From: an uncultured Alphaproteobacteria bacterium
GTDB taxonomy: Bacteria; Pseudomonadota; Alphaproteobacteria; RF32; CAG-239
Direction: 5' to 3'
DNA: 64,000 nucleotides
NCBI GenBank assembly: GCA_944390355.1
Contig: CALXPT010000004.1
Location: forward strand, 1,077-65,076
Shown: piece by piece, positions 19,006-29,600 of the stretch
Layout: each line of letters opens with the position of its first letter
How positions within the stretch are numbered: the first letter of the stretch is position 1
The notes under the pieces: model-generated
Told to the model about the DNA's origin: nothing
Database searches by the model: none
The model's input: only the letters and a program-made list of their open reading frames with translations
Made by a program: the position numbers and the translations under genes

Positions 19006-22000
19006 TTAATATGTCGCACAATACGGCGCGGGCAGCGTATTCATTTGTTTTTCAAATTCTTCGTCGGCTTGCTTTTGGTACTCATTGGCCGCGGCTCGAT
19101 TGGTTTCTTCCTCCTTCAGATCTTCCTCAAACGAAGAATCTGCTTGTGTTGCCTCGGAGATTGTCAACAACTCCTTGTTATCTAGCTGCAGTGCCAATAA
19201 CAAATTCCTCAGAATCGCCAATCTGTCTTCAACGACAACGTTTCCTTGGGTCTTTATTTTTGATAAATCTTCTTCTGCCGATTTAATCCATGTTGCTTTC
19301 AACTCGTCCAGTTTTTCTACTATCGAAGTATATTCTTTTTCATCCGTCAAATCCAAATCTTCGGAAACGCTAAAACCCGCATTAGATAATTCTTCAATTA
19401 ATTCTTCTTTGGTTTCTTGTATTTTATTTTCCATTTCATCTAATTTTTGTTTGGCTTCTTGCTCCATGTCCATAAATTCCAAAAAATCGCCGATTTGATT
19501 CTTGGTATATTCTCCTTTTAACAAAAGCGAATCTTTTATGTTGTCTTCATATTCTTCATCTTGTTCAACATATATTCTGGTTGCCAAATCATAAGATTCT
19601 TTTGCTAATGGTCTATACATAAACTTATTATCTTCATATGTCATAAAAGTGCCTAATTCACTTTTATCCCCACTTTGCAAACCCGATGACAAACTTGGTA
19701 CCTGCGTATCATTTTTTTCCAATTCCAAATCTTTAACTCGAGCTTGGGTTATAGTCAGTCCCGTGCAGGCTAATAAGCCATAGTCCTTATTGTTTTGAAA
19801 TATTGTATACATCTTCTTGTCTACATCTGCATCTATACCATAAGTACCATTATAGTGGCAAGGCAAGTTCCCTCCGCGAAGGAAATATAAATCTTCTTTA
19901 TCTACCGACAATGCACTCTCTAAGTCTATATCCTTTTCGACATAGGCCGGATTTTTCAGCATATACTGCCACACTTGCGGAATTTTGTGCCCATATTCCT
20001 GCAATCCCTTTTTGGAAATGCTTCCATCTGCCAATTTGGGAATATTGTTGTAATCTATATAATCCAGATATACAACTTCTCGTGCAGGTGCCGTGGTGGT
20101 TTCCGGTGCTGCTTTCGGCCCCACAAAATCCCTAAACTTGCCGTTCATGCTTACAAAATAATCTTCATCAGCCTCCGTACATTTGTTATCCTCACATATT
20201 TGACCGATTAATGCTGATGTAAATATCTGGTTTACAATAGATGCTCCTTCGCTCCAATCTATTATTTGTTTCACGTTGTCTTTTTGTTTGGCTATCTGAT
20301 TCAGCGAAATTCCTCTTAACGAATCTATTAATTCTTTATGACGCTCGAGAACCTTTTCTCCGCCCGATGTCAAATAGATTTCATCTCCTATTGCATATAT
20401 ATCCGTCCTTGCCTTTTCTATCTCTTCTATTGCATAATTTTTTATGTCTGTTGTTATTCCGTTTGCTTCGCTTATCAAAGACACGAAACGAGGCATGGCC
20501 AAATTTAATATTTCTTGCGTGATTTCGCCCCCTATACCGGCATTTAACGTTCCCTCCAGCTTTTTAGATAGAGGTCGTGCTATATTACCAAGTGCTTGAG
20601 CATACTGTTGTTCAATTTTTTGCTCTTTGCGGATATATTCTTTTTGGTATTCCAGAATTTTGGCATCTATATTATCCAGCTCGGTTGTTTTTTCTGCAAT
20701 TTTCTCATTTTGTGTTTTTATATCTTCTTTTGTTCCGTCAATATCAACCGTTTCATCTATAATATCTTCCGTTCGCCCTTCAATTTGGCCACTATTTAAA
20801 TCCGAGGACAAATTATTTTTTGTTTCTTGCTCCAAATCCAGCTCCGTTACCGTTACTTTTCTGCCTTCTGCCATTTGGGCTAATATCTTTTGGAAATTTT
20901 TATCCAGTTCTTCTATTGCTTCTTTTTTCTCTCCTGCAATTATTGTAAAATCATCCTCTTGCGTGCTTTCTTCCAGAATCGGATTGTTTTTAAGCGATGC
21001 ATACATTGAACTTAATTGGTTATTTATTATTTTTTTTACCAATTTGCTCGCATTTGATTTATCGTTCAAGTACATGGCTATCTGAACGCCTATGGCCCTT
21101 AAGTCCATTCGTTCAACGACTTTTTTCATGTTATCGTATTTGCCGTCTATATACTGACCATAAAAATTTTTTTGGTCGGTCCAGACCGGAAATTTGTTAA
21201 TCACCTCGCCCCATTGCGGTTCTTCCAAATATTGGTCTTTTGCCAGCATTTCGGTTGCTTCCGAACCGATATTCCATGCCAACAAGGATATTTCTCGCTC
21301 GGATTCATTTGTGTTTTCTTCCTTTGTCTTGGTTTTATGTCCGCTGAAATTTTTTTCTTCAACTTGGCTTTTAACCTCTTCCTCTTGCTCGGATGTATTT
21401 ACATAACTTTCCGTGGTCATAATATCCGGATTAATTTCCATTTCGGCGAAGTTTTCTTTATCGACACCATCTACTTTTTCGCTTTTAGCTGTTTCGTAGC
21501 TGTCTATTGCCCAACGGGACAGTCCTTCTCTCAAGTCATAATCCGTAATCTGATCGCCGATATAAACATCTCCATACCATGTCTTTTCCGGTTCTTTGTA
21601 ATATCGGCCGATGAAATTCATTACACATTGGTCGGATGTTTTTACTCTTTCTACCAATTTTTCATGCAGCTTTTCATATTGATGATATTTATTAAATATA
21701 TCTCTTTTCGTCGGCAATCCCTGTATCATGTTATGTACTTGTATTGCCGCTAGAATTTTATGATATGTCGGATCAATTGCCGCTAAATCTTCTATTGCTT
21801 CTTGATTTTCCGAATATGGAGACCCCTCATCTGATGACGGCATATCCATAAATGAAACATTTGACTGGCTGGCCGCATCGTATCTAAATTTATATTTTGA
21901 TGCATCCGTTTCCGGTACTCCTTCCTCGGCATCCGAATCCGATATATTCCGGTTTTCGTAGCTCTCTGTCGGCTGATAATATTCTTCCTGCTTCTCTGTC

Positions 22001-22890
22001 AAACCCATATTGTTTAGTATGTCATCCAAACTCTCTTCTTGAGAAACTTCGTTACCACTCATTAACTGACCAAATGCCATTGTCGATTTATAAAGCGGGG
22101 TTTGGTATTCTGCTAGCTGAATTTGCTCTCGTTGTTGATTTAATGAGCTTTGGCGATATGTGCCATCCGGCATCGGCTCTAACTTCGGGATTTCGTTGCG
22201 CATGGCTTTGGCGGCTATAAACTGTGCCTCCATTGCAACCAACTCCTCGTACATCTGCATCAAATCATCTAATGTTTTGTATACATTGTACTTATTCTTC
22301 CAGCCTGCATTCTCACTATCTCCTACTTCGGCTCCATTTTCTCCACTTAGAATATCGGTGGGCATATTATCAACTTTTTCCTGCAATTCCGAATTGAATT
22401 TCTCCTCCAATTTTATTGCCGCCGTATTTAATTCAATCATCGTGTCTATATAAAACTGGCTTATCTTTTGGTCGCATTTGTTTTGTACGGCCTTATCTCG
22501 TGAAGGATAGGTCATGAACAAATCATATACCGCCTTCTGTATTGCTACAGGATCATCTGCTTTGGCTAATGAGGAATCCTCTATCGTTCTTGTTCCGTTA
22601 AGCGGAGGCTTGTTCTCCCCATTCATGACCCCGATATAATCATTTTTATATTGTTCATATTTCGACTTTAACAACTCTATGTTGCTCTGTATTTTTTTGG
22701 TATATGTCGTAAATCCTGTTTTTAATGTCGTACCAATGTTTACGGTCGTTTGTCCGGCATCCGTTACGGCATCCAATGTCGAGGTGCCTCCGCCGATAAA
22801 ACCGAAAGCTCCGCTTGTTTTGGATACAAGAGATAATACTGCGGCCATGAAAAATATTTTTACAAACCTGTTATTCATTGCCGCCTCCAT
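19006..22890 (-). CDS. 1294-aa secreted, acidic, coiled-coil-rich protein of unknown function inside the T4SS operon
   Basis: Signal peptide (FFMAAVLSLVSKTSGA) and no further hydrophobic segment. It overlaps the stop of the upstream gene. I saw no recognisable catalytic motif. The start may be the second Met at 22878. Confidence 0.7.
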   Translation of the reverse strand: MEAAMNNRFVKIFFMAAVLSLVSKTSGAFGFIGGGTSTLDAVTDAGQTTVNIGTTLKTGFTTYTKKIQSNIELLKSKYEQYKNDYIGVMNGENKPPLNGTRTIEDSSLAKADDPVAIQKAVYDLFMTYPSRDKAVQNKCDQKISQFYIDTMIELNTAAIKLEEKFNSELQEKVDNMPTDILSGENGAEVGDSENAGWKNKYNVYKTLDDLMQMYEELVAMEAQFIAAKAMRNEIPKLEPMPDGTYRQSSLNQQREQIQLAEYQTPLYKSTMAFGQLMSGNEVSQEESLDDILNNMGLTEKQEEYYQPTESYENRNISDSDAEEGVPETDASKYKFRYDAASQSNVSFMDMPSSDEGSPYSENQEAIEDLAAIDPTYHKILAAIQVHNMIQGLPTKRDIFNKYHQYEKLHEKLVERVKTSDQCVMNFIGRYYKEPEKTWYGDVYIGDQITDYDLREGLSRWAIDSYETAKSEKVDGVDKENFAEMEINPDIMTTESYVNTSEQEEEVKSQVEEKNFSGHKTKTKEENTNESEREISLLAWNIGSEATEMLAKDQYLEEPQWGEVINKFPVWTDQKNFYGQYIDGKYDNMKKVVERMDLRAIGVQIAMYLNDKSNASKLVKKIINNQLSSMYASLKNNPILEESTQEDDFTIIAGEKKEAIEELDKNFQKILAQMAEGRKVTVTELDLEQETKNNLSSDLNSGQIEGRTEDIIDETVDIDGTKEDIKTQNEKIAEKTTELDNIDAKILEYQKEYIRKEQKIEQQYAQALGNIARPLSKKLEGTLNAGIGGEITQEILNLAMPRFVSLISEANGITTDIKNYAIEEIEKARTDIYAIGDEIYLTSGGEKVLERHKELIDSLRGISLNQIAKQKDNVKQIIDWSEGASIVNQIFTSALIGQICEDNKCTEADEDYFVSMNGKFRDFVGPKAAPETTTAPAREVVYLDYIDYNNIPKLADGSISKKGLQEYGHKIPQVWQYMLKNPAYVEKDIDLESALSVDKEDLYFLRGGNLPCHYNGTYGIDADVDKKMYTIFQNNKDYGLLACTGLTITQARVKDLELEKNDTQVPSLSSGLQSGDKSELGTFMTYEDNKFMYRPLAKESYDLATRIYVEQDEEYEDNIKDSLLLKGEYTKNQIGDFLEFMDMEQEAKQKLDEMENKIQETKEELIEELSNAGFSVSEDLDLTDEKEYTSIVEKLDELKATWIKSAEEDLSKIKTQGNVVVEDRLAILRNLLLALQLDNKELLTISEATQADSSFEEDLKEEETNRAAANEYQKQADEEFEKQMNTLPAPYCATY

Positions 22891-24073
22891 CCGTTGTCTC
22901 GCTGCATATGTATTTATCTAATGTAAATGTTGCTATATCCGAATCTACCGCGCTATCTATCTTTTCAAATTTAGCCATTTCGGCTGAAGTTTTTAACTTT
23001 AAGTCCATAGTCTTCAGTTTTATTAATTTTGCAAGCTCTTTAATTATCATGATTGTCGTTTGCGTATCCGTTGCATTTGCTCCGATTGAACCATCGGTTG
23101 TGTCGGTTCGATTTGCCAACTTTTGGGTTAATATTTTGGCATCGTTCAAATCTCTTTTAATTACGGCTGCCTGTATAAACGTATCTACTGCCGTATTTGC
23201 CGCCGTATTCGTCCGATTGGCTCGGCGCGATGTTATGCTTTCTTGATCTACCGGTGAGCCGTCTGCTACAAAGTTCTTTTCCGTATTTTGTTTTAATTCT
23301 TCTTCCGGATTAAATGATTTTACATCTGAGAGTAATTTATCCGTTACTTTCTGCGTCCACTCTTGTGCTTGCTTATCCGCTGCTGCTTTCATGCTTGTCA
23401 ACGCAGCGTTTACATCCGTCAGCTTGGCAACATCTTCGCTTGTAACCTCTTTTTCCGTTGCCAGCATTAATGTTTGATACTCTTTTATTTTGGTATTGTT
23501 TTTTTCTAACTGTTTGGTTAATTCTTCCTTCTTTTCCGGATGTTCCTTTATTTCATTTTGTATTTCTTGATTGTTTTTTTGCAGTGCTTCTATCTTTCCT
23601 TGATACTCTTTATTGCTGGCTTCTCTTTTGGTGTTTATTTGGTCTAAAAGCTCCTGTTGTTGCTGCTCCAAATCTGTCATTTTTTGCACTTTTTCTATCT
23701 TCTCGGTTAAGTTTGTGGCAAAGCCATCTTCTTCTGCTTCCTGCTCCTTTTGAGCTTGTTCCTCTAATTTTTCTTCTGCCAAATCTATGCTTGCTCCCAG
23801 AGGGTCTTCTTTAATCTGTTCGGCTGTTGTCTTGGCATCATTTATGATTGTTTGCATTTGTTTGGCGTCTTCTACATACGAACCTATTGTTTTGATAACT
23901 GCCGAATTGCCGACATTATCCATTGTCTTTTTGGCATTATCAAAAAAATTGCTTACCGCGGTTACAACCGTTTTGGGCGAATTTCCTACATCTATTTTCA
24001 ATTTTGCTTCTGAAATATTTGCGGATATCATCCACATCATGAGCCAGGAAGTCAAAATAATTACTTTTTTCAT
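22871..24073 (-). CDS. 400-aa secreted coiled-coil protein (T4SS operon)
   Basis: Signal peptide MKKVIILTSWLMMWMISANISEA and long E/K/Q-rich helices. Its start overlaps the upstream gene and its stop overlaps the downstream gene. Confidence 0.65.
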   Translation of the reverse strand: MKKVIILTSWLMMWMISANISEAKLKIDVGNSPKTVVTAVSNFFDNAKKTMDNVGNSAVIKTIGSYVEDAKQMQTIINDAKTTAEQIKEDPLGASIDLAEEKLEEQAQKEQEAEEDGFATNLTEKIEKVQKMTDLEQQQQELLDQINTKREASNKEYQGKIEALQKNNQEIQNEIKEHPEKKEELTKQLEKNNTKIKEYQTLMLATEKEVTSEDVAKLTDVNAALTSMKAAADKQAQEWTQKVTDKLLSDVKSFNPEEELKQNTEKNFVADGSPVDQESITSRRANRTNTAANTAVDTFIQAAVIKRDLNDAKILTQKLANRTDTTDGSIGANATDTQTTIMIIKELAKLIKLKTMDLKLKTSAEMAKFEKIDSAVDSDIATFTLDKYICSETTDGGGNE

Positions 24074-24960
24074 TGTCCTGTCTCCTCCGGCAAAATACTT
24101 TCTGTTTGCGAATTACTTGTTTTTTCCGAATCTCCCAATATCGGATCTTTGCTGCCTGTTTGGCTACTTTCATCTGTTGATGATTTATCTATAAACTCTT
24201 TACTGCCTCTCATTGCTTCATATTCTAAAATATCTGCCTCTAATTCTAAAATTCGGGTTAATCTTGTTATTGCTCGTGTCGATACATCTGCCGTATTTTG
24301 AATTAAAATACGTTGATTGCTTGTGTCTATCTCCGGCTGCGCAGCGGACTTTTCTTCCGCAATTGCCACTCGCATAACCATCGCTTTTGCATACATGGTT
24401 GATATATTTTGGCGCATGATATCATAAATCTTTTCCATTTGTTTGGCATAGGCAGTCGGATTTTCGGTTGTTATATTTTTCGGTACTGTGTTTTCTTCAA
24501 CATCTTTTTTAGATTGGGTCAAATTCTTTACATTTGACATGAAACTCGGAATTTGGGTCTTTAATGTTTCCATCGGATTGGTTGATAGACCATTTAAATC
24601 ATTGGCTACAGATGCTGCCGCATTGACTTGTTTATCACTTAATGCATTTTCTCCGGTTACTAATGTTGAGCCTTGGTTAACTGCGCTCGTTCCCGCCGCA
24701 ACTGCTCCTGAAATGTCGCCATTTTTTATTGCCGTACCAACATTCTTTACGGAGCTGAGTGTTCCTTTGATTCCGGCATATGTGCTTTGATAAAATCTTT
24801 TGGCCTTTTGATACTCTTCCAATAAATTTATGGCAAAGCGTTCAATTGTATCCATTTTCTTCAGCACTGACTGTATTACTTCTTTGTCGGCATACGCTGA
24901 GGGTATGTTCATTAGCATGAAACATATTATCATTCCGATTATTGCCCCCAGCTTCTTCAT
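24070..24960 (-). CDS. 296-aa secreted helical protein (T4SS operon, possible VirB5-like minor pilus component)
   Basis: Signal peptide ending SAYA|DK and helical composition. It starts 4 nt after the stop of the TrbJ-like gene. Confidence 0.6.
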   Translation of the reverse strand: MKKLGAIIGMIICFMLMNIPSAYADKEVIQSVLKKMDTIERFAINLLEEYQKAKRFYQSTYAGIKGTLSSVKNVGTAIKNGDISGAVAAGTSAVNQGSTLVTGENALSDKQVNAAASVANDLNGLSTNPMETLKTQIPSFMSNVKNLTQSKKDVEENTVPKNITTENPTAYAKQMEKIYDIMRQNISTMYAKAMVMRVAIAEEKSAAQPEIDTSNQRILIQNTADVSTRAITRLTRILELEADILEYEAMRGSKEFIDKSSTDESSQTGSKDPILGDSEKTSNSQTESILPEETGQ

Positions 24961-24963
24961 CTT

Positions 24964-26661
24964 TTACGCTCCTTTTTCCGTTGTTTTTTCGTCGGTTCCG
25001 GAGCTTGTGTCCGCTGTGCTCGAATTTACATCTTTAAGTTGGTATTGTGTGGCTTCATTTAGTCCTTCATAAAGTAATCTGCTGGCATATATTTTATTTA
25101 CATTTGCCATTAGTGCCTGAAGTAATTTTACATTGCTTGATAAAACTTTTATATCATCTCTCGTATCTGTTTGAGATTTGTTTTCATCTGTTTTTTTAGG
25201 TCCTAGTACATCGGTTTTATAGTTGCTGGCGACATTTTTATAATATGCGGCTTCTGCCGTCAAGGCTATTGCGGCATCATACAACACGCTATATACAAAA
25301 TTTTTACCCTTTTCGGCTGTCGTCATGTTCGTTTCCGACTGATAGGCTATCAGCTTCTCCAAACAATCTCTTATTTCACTTTCGCTTGCTTTGTTTATAT
25401 TCAAATTGCAATACTGAGCCAATTCATCGGATATTATATATTCGTCCGTTGCGGCATTTTTTCCGGTCGGCGCATCCGTTAAAGGCGTTGTTTCATCCGT
25501 TGTCTCTTCTTTTGCAAACTTTAATGTCTCCGTTCTTGAATACGAGGCCGTAAAAATCTCTTTTTTCGAATTTAGTTCGCTTCTCCTGTCAAACACTTCA
25601 TTTTTATCAATTGTTTGAATTTTCCTAAATCCTCTAGAGGTGTTTTCTTTGTTCGGTTCGGTTATTGTTTCTGGCAAATCGCTCGTTTCTTCTGTTGGAT
25701 TATCCGATGCCTCTTCTGTCGGCAATCCATCGTTTGATGATGTTTCTTCAAATTCCCCGTCCGAATTTGTTGATAAACCTTCTTCCTGCTCTTTGTATTT
25801 TTTAAGCTCTGCTTTTAATTTAGCTATTTCTTTTTTTGCTGCATTTAAATCTTCCGGCGAAACATATTCTTGTGTGTTATTTTGTCCCATTAATTCTGCC
25901 AACTGCGCTTTCAGCATTTCTATTTCTGATAATGCAGCTTGCAATTCTTGTTCTTCTTCCGATGTTTTTTCATTTGCCAAATTCTGAGAAGAATTTGTAC
26001 TTTGCGGGGTATTAATTTCTATCTGCGTCGGTACGCTATTTTGCGTTATTTCTTCCGTTTTACTCTCATTTCTTGAAGTTTCTGTCGGCTGATAATTACT
26101 CTCGCCTCCGTAATTATATTGGTTTGTTCCGGCGGAATTACCTGTTTTATTCTCCGTATTCTTGCTGTCGGTATTATTTTCCAACGAATCAAGCGTTTCT
26201 GTTGCCGCTGTATATGTTTCTTGGGCTTGGCTATAGGCACTCTGCGCTTCGCTTATACCTTTTTCAAGTTCTTCTTTGTGCTTTTGTAAACGTTCTTTGT
26301 TTTCTTCGGCTGCTTGTTTGGCACTCTCATATTTTTCTTTATATTCTTCATACGCCTCTTTGGCTTTTTCAAAATTTTCTTTTTCTTTTTTGGCCTTTTC
26401 AATTGCTTCGGCAGCTTCGCTATTCTCCAAATCTGATAATGATGACTTGGCCGTGCCTATCGCCGATTTGATTTCTCCCGCCTCTTTGGTGGCTTCGGTT
26501 ACTATTTTGGACTGTTTGACCAACTCTATATTGGTCATTATTCCTTCGGCTATTGCTGACGCATCTATCGTCGGAATCGGGGCAAATGCATGGCTTGGCG
26601 ACGCCTCAATAAAAAACGCGCAACTTAACATTAAGCTAAGATATTTTTTGGATTTTTTCAT
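24964..26661 (-). CDS. virB5: Expanded VirB5/TrbJ-like secreted protein (565 aa)
   Basis: After the signal peptide (SPSHAFA) the mature N-terminus PIPTIDASAIAEGIMTNIELVKQSK resembles the TrbJ/VirB5 start (IPV-x-D...IM..IE). It sits directly after virB4. A long acidic low-complexity insert follows. Confidence 0.55.
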   Translation of the reverse strand: MKKSKKYLSLMLSCAFFIEASPSHAFAPIPTIDASAIAEGIMTNIELVKQSKIVTEATKEAGEIKSAIGTAKSSLSDLENSEAAEAIEKAKKEKENFEKAKEAYEEYKEKYESAKQAAEENKERLQKHKEELEKGISEAQSAYSQAQETYTAATETLDSLENNTDSKNTENKTGNSAGTNQYNYGGESNYQPTETSRNESKTEEITQNSVPTQIEINTPQSTNSSQNLANEKTSEEEQELQAALSEIEMLKAQLAELMGQNNTQEYVSPEDLNAAKKEIAKLKAELKKYKEQEEGLSTNSDGEFEETSSNDGLPTEEASDNPTEETSDLPETITEPNKENTSRGFRKIQTIDKNEVFDRRSELNSKKEIFTASYSRTETLKFAKEETTDETTPLTDAPTGKNAATDEYIISDELAQYCNLNINKASESEIRDCLEKLIAYQSETNMTTAEKGKNFVYSVLYDAAIALTAEAAYYKNVASNYKTDVLGPKKTDENKSQTDTRDDIKVLSSNVKLLQALMANVNKIYASRLLYEGLNEATQYQLKDVNSSTADTSSGTDEKTTEKGA

Positions 26662-26756
26662 CTTATCCTCCGCCGCCCAATAATCTTTTTATCTGCCTTT
26701 TCGGCCTTATTCTTTTGATTATAGCATATTATTTGTTACAGTTGTGTGAATTTATA

Positions 26757-29189
26757 TCATGCAATATTTAAATATTTGGTTACGAAATTATCCTCACCAT
26801 ATTCTTTTATCAATTCTTCTACCAAAAGCACATTCTTACGACCCGAATTGTACAATTTCAGATATGGGCCTAAGCCGCTTAAATCTACATCCAAAATTAC
26901 CGACTCTCCCGTTGCCGGTCTTGACAGCAAAATCGCATACGGAAAATCACGATAACTCTTACCGAAAATAAAATCCAGTTCCCTTTGGGTTAAGTTCCAA
27001 TTTACATAATCTTCCGGCATGGCTTGCGGGTTGCGGAAAAAAATTATCGTTTGGCACTGTCCGCGAATCACCTCGCCTACGCCTAATTTATCTATTATAT
27101 TGGGCTGTTGAAAGGCACAAAGATATGCTTGGCGTTTTTTACGACCTTCTTGCAAACCTATCGTAAAATAGTCCCTAAACATCGGGTGCTTTAACATCGG
27201 TGCCGTTTCATCTATCATGATTAATGACGGAACACCCGTTTCTCCCGTCTCGATTTGAATACGGTGCATGATATAGCTGATAACGGCCGGTGCCAAGCTC
27301 TCATCTTCAAATATATGGGTAAAGTCAAAGGCAAAAAAGCGTTTTTGATGTAAATCCAAGCTATCATTCTGCGAATTAAAAATATTGCCATACTGTTCCG
27401 GATTAACCCAACGGAAAAGCTCTCGACGCATATTGCCCGTCGGCGAAAAGCAACTCTTGTAAAGATTGCTCATCATCCGCTCTTCGGGTTTCAGATAGTC
27501 AAAGGCTGTGGTTACCGCTCGGCTTATTTCTTTTTCAGATAGGGCATCGTCCACCAAAGTTATTGATTTCATCCAGCGTTGCAGAAATGCTCTGTTTACG
27601 GCATTATCCTTACAATCAAACGGGTTTAGAGAAACATTCTTTTCATCTCCGTCAAAGCCGACATATGCTCCACCGATTGCTCTCGTAAAAATTTCCGCAC
27701 CGCGATAACGATCAAAGAAAAATACTTTTAAGTCTGCATGACGCATCGCCTGACCTGCCAAAAATGTCAGCAAAGTTGTTTTTCCTTGTCCGGTCGGACC
27801 GATAATACAACAGTGGGCTACGGCTGATTCCTCACTCGAAACATGGAATTGAAAGCGGTATGCCGAACCGGTTGCCGTCTTAAAAACCGTAATTGCTCCA
27901 GGACCCCAGTCGCTCTTTGTAAATCCTTCCGACGGTTTGTCAAAGCATACCGCGGCGGCTACTACTCGTGACAAATAACGGTACGTTCTGGGGTATGTTT
28001 CGTAGGTCGGAAACTGATTGAAAAACGAAGCTTGTGTTACCCAGCCTTCTCTTACCGGCGTTACACTAAACAAGCGACATATACGTTGGACTTCTCCCTC
28101 GCCAAAATCAATCTCTTCTTCACTTTCGCCTTTTAGAATTATGGTCATTGCATATTCGGTTAACGCTTGGTGATCTCCGGAGCTATCTTCAATCGCCGAT
28201 AATGCTTCGCTATATTGTTCAACTACGTCGGCCGAAAAGCTGGTTACCTGAGCCATGCGCTGCTGTTGCAGGAGCAATGCCCGCGCATATGGCTTAAATA
28301 ACGGCTTGATGTTATGGATGAGTATCATTTCGCAATCGATTGAGAGCAATGTCGAAATCATAGACTCATCCATATAATCTCCCGATGAGCGTATTCCCAT
28401 GCTGATTTCGTAAACCGATTTATCTCCGGAGAAAAAGTGTATTACTCCTCGTTCTCCCGTAAAATGAATATGGTCTGCCGTTAACAACTCATTTAGTTGA
28501 TAGCCCTCTGCTCCTCTGACTTTGGGTTCAGGCTGTGTTATCGGGCTGCAGATTTTGGAAAAAACATATAACGGGCTGTCTTTCGCGGCACTATCTGCCG
28601 TTTCATATAAAGTTTGTATGCCATAATCATTTAATGTTGCCAACAAAGCCTGCGAGGCATAGTTCAAATCTTTTAGTGCATCCGGACGATCTAATACCGA
28701 TAATATTATATAATGTGTATTGGTATATACTCTATCCAGATTTTGTTCCCAAATATGAGATATCTGCTCTAACAAGGGATTGTTGAAGTTATTTTGGTTT
28801 TCTTCCAAAGATATTCGTTCCCGCATGGTGATTACTCGGCAGATTATCTGCATATCCGACATGTTATCTATCCATGACTTCCGTGCCTCAAACATGGATT
28901 CACTTTTTTCTTCCGTGGCAAAGGTCAAATCAACCCCCGTTACACGAAATACTCGCGCATAAGCTCCATTATAGCAACGTATGGTTATGCCGTCAGACAT
29001 AAGCTTATTAAACGGCAAAAAGTCGGCTACCCTTGATTCGTAGGGTTGCGGCAATATCTTTTGCCCAAGCTTTGTCGCCCAGAATCCGGCAAAAGCCGCC
29101 GCCGATATTATTCCGATAAAGGCTACGAAGACTTCTAAAGTGCTTAAACCTTGCACAAAAACACTAAAAAAACTAAAATCAGGGCTCAA
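26757..29189 (-). CDS. virB4: VirB4-family T4SS ATPase
   Basis: 810 aa. Walker A IIGPTGQGKTTLLTFL and Walker B SLIMIDETAPML. The N-terminal membrane-associated segment overlaps the virB3 stop. Confidence 0.95.
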   Translation of the reverse strand: MSPDFSFFSVFVQGLSTLEVFVAFIGIISAAAFAGFWATKLGQKILPQPYESRVADFLPFNKLMSDGITIRCYNGAYARVFRVTGVDLTFATEEKSESMFEARKSWIDNMSDMQIICRVITMRERISLEENQNNFNNPLLEQISHIWEQNLDRVYTNTHYIILSVLDRPDALKDLNYASQALLATLNDYGIQTLYETADSAAKDSPLYVFSKICSPITQPEPKVRGAEGYQLNELLTADHIHFTGERGVIHFFSGDKSVYEISMGIRSSGDYMDESMISTLLSIDCEMILIHNIKPLFKPYARALLLQQQRMAQVTSFSADVVEQYSEALSAIEDSSGDHQALTEYAMTIILKGESEEEIDFGEGEVQRICRLFSVTPVREGWVTQASFFNQFPTYETYPRTYRYLSRVVAAAVCFDKPSEGFTKSDWGPGAITVFKTATGSAYRFQFHVSSEESAVAHCCIIGPTGQGKTTLLTFLAGQAMRHADLKVFFFDRYRGAEIFTRAIGGAYVGFDGDEKNVSLNPFDCKDNAVNRAFLQRWMKSITLVDDALSEKEISRAVTTAFDYLKPEERMMSNLYKSCFSPTGNMRRELFRWVNPEQYGNIFNSQNDSLDLHQKRFFAFDFTHIFEDESLAPAVISYIMHRIQIETGETGVPSLIMIDETAPMLKHPMFRDYFTIGLQEGRKKRQAYLCAFQQPNIIDKLGVGEVIRGQCQTIIFFRNPQAMPEDYVNWNLTQRELDFIFGKSYRDFPYAILLSRPATGESVILDVDLSGLGPYLKLYNSGRKNVLLVEELIKEYGEDNFVTKYLNIA

Positions 29190-29469
29190 ATTTACTCCCC
29201 TTTACTTTATAGAGATTTTGCGTTACTCGTCTTGTTTCACCATAAGATTGCATCATTGTTGAAATATGCGGCTCTTTGGCGCTATAAATTGCGATTGCCG
29301 TATGAACGCAGATTATTGAAATTAAAAATATTAACGGGTTTAAGTCAAATACTCCGATTGCCATAAACATTAAGGGCATTTGCACGAATAAATTTATCAT
29401 AGCCGGCATTGCCGACGCCCACAAAATTCTGGGCGGGTTTGCAACTGCTTTTAATATTCCTTCCCGCAT
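29179..29469 (-). CDS. virB3: VirB3-family small inner-membrane protein
   Basis: I moved the start to the Met at 29469 (GGGGAGG upstream). About 96 aa with two hydrophobic helices (PAMINLFVQMPLMFMAIGVF, LIFLISIICVHTAIAIY). Its position is directly upstream of virB4. Confidence 0.75.
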   Translation of the reverse strand: MREGILKAVANPPRILWASAMPAMINLFVQMPLMFMAIGVFDLNPLIFLISIICVHTAIAIYSAKEPHISTMMQSYGETRRVTQNLYKVKGSKFEP

Positions 29470-29600
29470 TTTGCCTCCCCTTGTTATTTTCAACATAGCC
29501 AAACAAAAACTTTGGCGCAATCATAAAGTCATTTATGCACCTTATTTATTTTAGCTTTATTTTATGAAAAACTTATTAATTATTTGTGTAGATTAAATTT

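Noticed and set aside
19011-26683. Numerous plus-strand ORFs opposite the coiled-coil T4SS genes (e.g. 20627..21085, 21172..21753, 26276..26683)
   Set aside because: They are antisense to E/K-rich coding DNA, which gives long F/L/S-rich open frames. They have no independent support.
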